Positions 7,699 through 10,299 of a stretch of 10,299 nt of DNA are shown piece after piece (within the stretch, counting starts at the first letter, position 1; the number at the start of each line of letters is the position of its first letter). The position numbers and the translations under genes were made by a program. The notes beneath the pieces are model-generated. The model saw nothing but the letters and a program-made list of their open reading frames with translations. It did not search any database and was not told the DNA's origin. The DNA is from Octopus sinensis (lineage: Eukaryota), in NCBI RefSeq assembly GCF_006345805.1, contig NW_021827484.1, positions 1 to 10,299 of the forward strand, written 5' to 3'.

Positions 7699-7997
7699 TA
7701 TACCTGTGTAATTTAAAGAAAGTTTATTTAGGCCAATGACGTAACTCATTTTTGCCTTGATTCAGTGTTTATGCGTTTTAATGAGATAGTAGGGTGTGAG
7801 AATTTTGTTGTTATTTAAGTGGTGAAATTTCGTTCAGTTTTCTAAACAGATCCATTGATATTATACGAGATTGTTCACAATTTCTAACCTGTTGCTTATC
7901 ACAGCGTTGACCTTTTCATGTAGCGTAGCGTTGCATATGTCTTCAAACTGTAGCTCATTGTATGCGGGCTGATATTTCTGCGTACAACTGTCTGCCA

Positions 7998-8208
7998 ACA
8001 CAACACACACACACATACATATATACATCAACACATACATCAATACATATATATTTGTGTGCGCATCTGTCTGTCTGTCTCTCTGTCTCTGTCTCTGTCT
8101 CTGTCTCTCTGTCTCTCTCTATCTATCCATCCATCCATCCATCCATCTATCTATCCATCTATCCATCTATCCATCTATCTATCTATCTATCTATCCATCT
8201 ATCCATCC

Positions 8209-8259
<51 letters not shown>

Positions 8260-8272
8260 CATCTATCCATCC

Positions 8273-8315
<43 letters not shown>

Positions 8316-8384
8316 CATCTATCCATCTATCTATCCATCTATCCATCTATCTATCCATCTATCCATCTATCTATCTATCTATCC

Positions 8385-8456
<72 letters not shown>
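7998..8456 (+). repeat. Compound (CA)n, (CTGTCT)n and (TCTA/TCCA)n microsatellite
   Basis: Direct reading; (TCTA/TCCA)n spans ~8118-8456 and explains the IYLS-repeat ORFs. Confidence 0.97.
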
Positions 8457-8947
8457 GTTCATCAATCTGTATGCGTTAATATGTCTGTGTTTGTCTGAAT
8501 ATGTCTAACACTCACGCATACTCACTCTCCTTCGAAGAAAGCAAAACAAGCTACAGAATCCCGTCTTATCGTGTTGGAGAAGCTTTACGAAGTACGCAGT
8601 TCACAGGTTAATGAGGATCTATCCAGACATAATATTCAGGTTTAGCGAAGCTACTGACCTTTCCACGAAGAGTGATACCAATGGCGAATTCAGCTTGGCA
8701 GCCATTTCTTACGTTGTAGATTACCATTAATGGAAACGAAAGACAATGATGGGGGGAAAAGAAGTGACATATATGTGCGTAGCTACTTGCACGCAAAACG
8801 AAAACTTCATTAGTACCCTATATAGACAATACTACTACTAATAATAATATATTTATGTGTCAATGTTTTACTTGACTTCTATGGAATGTCGAATAAAGGC
8901 TGATGCGCATTGGAAAGGATTCTCATTTTCACCTTCAATATGTTAAA

Positions 8948-9150
8948 TATTGGTTTCAAATTTTGGCACAATGCCAGCAATTCCAATGGAGCGGATACGT
9001 AGGTTCCAGTGTTTAACTAATACTTATCGGTCTCGGAAGGGGTGAAAAGTGAAGTCGGCCTCGCCAGAATTTGAACTCGGAATGTCAAGACGGTCGAAAT
9101 GCCGCTAAACATTTTCCCCGTCGAGCTAACAATTCTGCCAAGCTCGCTGC
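8948..9150 (-). mobile_element. Old degenerate SINE related to 4063-4714
   Basis: Shares tttcaaattttggcaca..gccagcaatt (3' end) and gaatttgaactc...ctgcca-gctcgc (tRNA-like head), with internal deletions. Confidence 0.75.
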
Positions 9151-9173
9151 TTTAACTACCGCAGAAATTTTAA

Positions 9174-9259
9174 TTTCAAATTTTGACACAAAGCCAGCAA
9201 TTTCAGGGAGGCGGGTAGTATGTTGATTACATCGACCCCAGTGCTCACTGCGACTTATT
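9174..9259 (-). mobile_element. 3' fragment of a second copy of the same SINE family, truncated at the MITE junction
   Basis: tttcaaattttgacacaaagccagcaatttc...gattacatcgaccccagtgctca, then an abrupt switch to the MITE at ~9260. Confidence 0.75.
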
Positions 9260-9554
9260 GAAAGGTATCTTTTTTTTCTTCACAAATGTAAATAAACCCA
9301 ATCTGTTTCTCAAACGAGGGACATATTCATACGGCACAGAATGTTTTTTACCTCAATAGACGGTCATTGATTGGTTGAAATTGCACAAATTGAAGAAAAA
9401 AAACAACAAATATCTTACAAACTAGAGAATTTTCTCAATAAAGCCAAGAGAAAAAGATGTTTTATAAACACATTCTACCAGTATACGAAGTTTAAAAGTG
9501 TTTAGTTACGTGGAAATTATTTTTTAAAAACTGCCGTTCAAACCGAAGAGATCC
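9260..9554 (-). mobile_element. Truncated inverted copy of the telomere-repeat MITE
   Basis: Reverse-complement homologous to 9796-10091 (roughly 90% by eye). It retains one TIR (9526-9554, 1 mismatch) and lacks the (CCCTAA)n half. Confidence 0.9.
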
Positions 9555-9795
9555 CTAATAAATTACGATCACGAATAGCAATCGAAAACGTAGAAGCTAC
9601 TCTGCGTGGAATTACATGGTCAGTTCCACTGTGAAACAAACAACTTAAAAGATCAGGAAACATCATGGAGATCGGTCGGCAAGAATGACCTTAAAAAGAA
9701 GACTAAAAGCCTAATTATCGATACCCAATGATGTGAAAACGGATATATAACATAGAGCTTAATTATCGATGCCAAATATGAAGCGAAAAACGATA

Positions 9796-10244
9796 GGATC
9801 TTTTCGGTTTGAACGGCAGTTTTTAACATAATTTCCAGGTAACTAAAAAAATTTTTTAACTTCGTATACTGGTAGAATGTGTTTATAAAACATCTTTTTC
9901 TCTTGGCTTTATTGAAAAAAATTCTATTGTTTGTAAGATATTTGTTGTTGTTTTTCTTCAATTTCTGCAATTTCAACCAATCAGTAACGTCCATTGAGGT
10001 AAAAAAAACATTCTGTGCCGTATGAATATGTCCCTCGTTTAAGAAACAGATTGCGTTTATTTACATTTGTGAAGAAAAAAAGATACCCTTCCCTCACCCC
10101 TAACCCTAACCCTAACCCTAGCCCTAACTAACCCTAACCCTAAAACAGATTGAAGTGCAATAGATCGATTCTAGGGCCATAATTATGGGTGACAATTTCA
10201 TATGACACCGCTAGCAAAAACTGCCGTTCAAACCGAAAAGATCC
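9796..10244 (+). mobile_element. 449-bp non-autonomous TIR DNA transposon (MITE) with internal telomeric repeats; superfamily unassigned
   Basis: Perfect 29-bp TIRs GGATCTTTTCGGTTTGAACGGCAGTTTTT 9796-9824 / 10216-10244. No coding capacity. Flanks are TA on the left and AA on the right, so the TSD is not clean. Confidence 0.9.
10098..10143 (+). repeat. Interstitial telomere-type (CCCTAA)n tract inside the MITE
   Basis: Six perfect CCCTAA units, one CCCTAG and one CTAA. Confidence 0.95.
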
Positions 10245-10299
10245 AAAGGATATGTGACTGAAAGAAGGTCGAAAGCTTGACCCATTCTTAGTGCTTCTG

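Noticed and set aside
7731-7745. Overlapping CCAAT and TGACGTAA (CRE-like) motifs
   Set aside because: Short motifs with no supporting promoter context or downstream gene.
7861-7991. Minus-strand protein-like stretch [43 protein letters not shown] with an AG at 7992-7993
   Set aside because: No recognisable homology; the acceptor context is (TG)n rather than polypyrimidine and the donors are weak. Not supportable without RNA-seq.
6809-8508. IYLS/SIYL-repeat ORFs (6809..7195, 7962..8498, 8057..8479, 8059..8508)
   Set aside because: Read-through of (GATA)n and (TCTA)n tracts.
8541-8639. Plus-strand open stretch KAKQATESRLIVLEKLYEVRSSQVNEDLSRHNIQ with CAG|GTTTAG
   Set aside because: Weak AAG acceptor and donor and no recognised domain; within chance expectation.
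9653-9994. 113-aa minus-strand ORF as a transposase
   Set aside because: Mostly the AT-rich MITE interior, with no DDE or DNA-binding motif recognised.
10098-10143. True telomere or chromosome end
   Set aside because: Short tract enclosed by MITE TIRs, with ordinary sequence continuing beyond it.

Overview
Repeat-dominated, AT-rich eukaryotic intronic or intergenic DNA. The interspersed repeats match families I recall from Octopus genomes; this is recognition from memory, not a database search. No host protein-coding gene can be supported, and almost all ORFs in the supplied track are microsatellite or repeat read-throughs. From left to right the window holds: a fossil restriction-like-endonuclease (R4/Dong-like) non-LTR retrotransposon C-terminus split by an (AAG)n expansion; a ~550-bp element embedded in (TAA)n; a compound microsatellite field; and a T-rich structured repeat. 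Next come a Tc1/mariner-type MITE containing a SINE that itself contains a dimeric SINE, several more tRNA-derived SINEs, a 307-bp near-perfect palindrome and a pogo/Tigger-like MITE. The window ends with two inverted copies of a 29-bp-TIR MITE, the full copy carrying (CCCTAA)n. The most notable signal is at 3617-3676. All three conserved hammerhead-ribozyme strands are present with complementary stems I and III (weaker stem II), but in a non-circularly permuted order (GUC, then GAAA, then CUGAUGA), inside a probable Penelope-like pLTR.
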